Below, piece after piece: positions 63,997 through 64,000 of a DNA stretch of 64,000 nucleotides. Where the stretch lies: the NCBI GenBank assembly GCA_964428895.1, contig CAYRZU010000004.1, positions 16,381 to 80,380 of the forward strand. The letters run 5' to 3'. The notes beneath the pieces are model-generated. The model saw nothing but the letters and a program-made list of their open reading frames with translations. It searched no databases and had not been told where the DNA came from. Position numbers and translations under genes: made by a program. Each line of letters opens with the position of its first letter. Position 1 is the stretch's first letter. Source of the DNA: an uncultured Planctomycetaceae bacterium (lineage in GTDB: Bacteria > Planctomycetota > Phycisphaerae > SM23-33).

Positions 63997-64000
63997 CCCG

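Overview
High-GC window (roughly two-thirds G+C by eye, not computed), densely coding with about 55 genes on both strands, and evidently chromosomal core. Lineage hints point to the PVC superphylum, probably Planctomycetota: two DUF1559 / H-X9-DG prepilin-like proteins, a PEP-CTERM sorting-signal protein, and two groEL paralogs with one carrying a (GGM)n tail. I found no rRNA or tRNA, no CRISPR array, and no transposase, integrase or phage genes.

Content in order:
- The 5' end of dnaN at the window edge, divergent from a GH95 alpha-L-fucosidase.
- Housekeeping genes: truA, asd, alr, mutS, pdxA, riboflavin synthase, dgt plus a HIT protein, a YchF-like ATPase, and a ThyA-fold enzyme.
- A periplasmic HtrA protease next to an apparently catalytically dead HtrA paralog.
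- A glycosylation / EPS-like module: O-methyltransferase, two AsnB-family amidotransferases (one with Ser instead of the Cys nucleophile), a GT39/83-like membrane glycosyltransferase, a GT2 polyprenyl-phosphate sugar synthase, a methyltransferase and a metallophosphoesterase.
- parB preceded by two perfect copies of a parS-like 16-bp palindrome. With dnaN about 17 kb away this suggests the window is origin-proximal.
- An ArsR-family regulator, a small two-TM Cys protein and a CoA-disulfide/persulfide reductase with a rhodanese domain, preceded by an AT-rich operator-like island.
- A heat-shock supra-operon: groEL1-groES-groEL2, a terminator, then dnaJ-grpE-fmdB.
- A MoxR / DUF58 / transglutaminase-like triad.
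- A 1363-aa AsmA/TamB-like protein followed by a membrane protein and a GT28 MGDG-synthase-like glycosyltransferase.
- A receiver-like protein plus a pseudo-receiver GGDEF cyclase.
- An OmpA-family lipoprotein.

I could not identify a clear-cut novel defence or mobile system. The most interesting signals are the variant parS pair, the Ser-N-terminal AsnB paralog, the HtrA / pseudo-HtrA tandem, the ArsR-CoADR-RHD sulfur module with its small Cys membrane protein, and the TamB-like / MGDG-synthase cluster. Many long ORFs in the supplied six-frame track are antisense artefacts of the high GC content and are listed under noticed_but_rejected.
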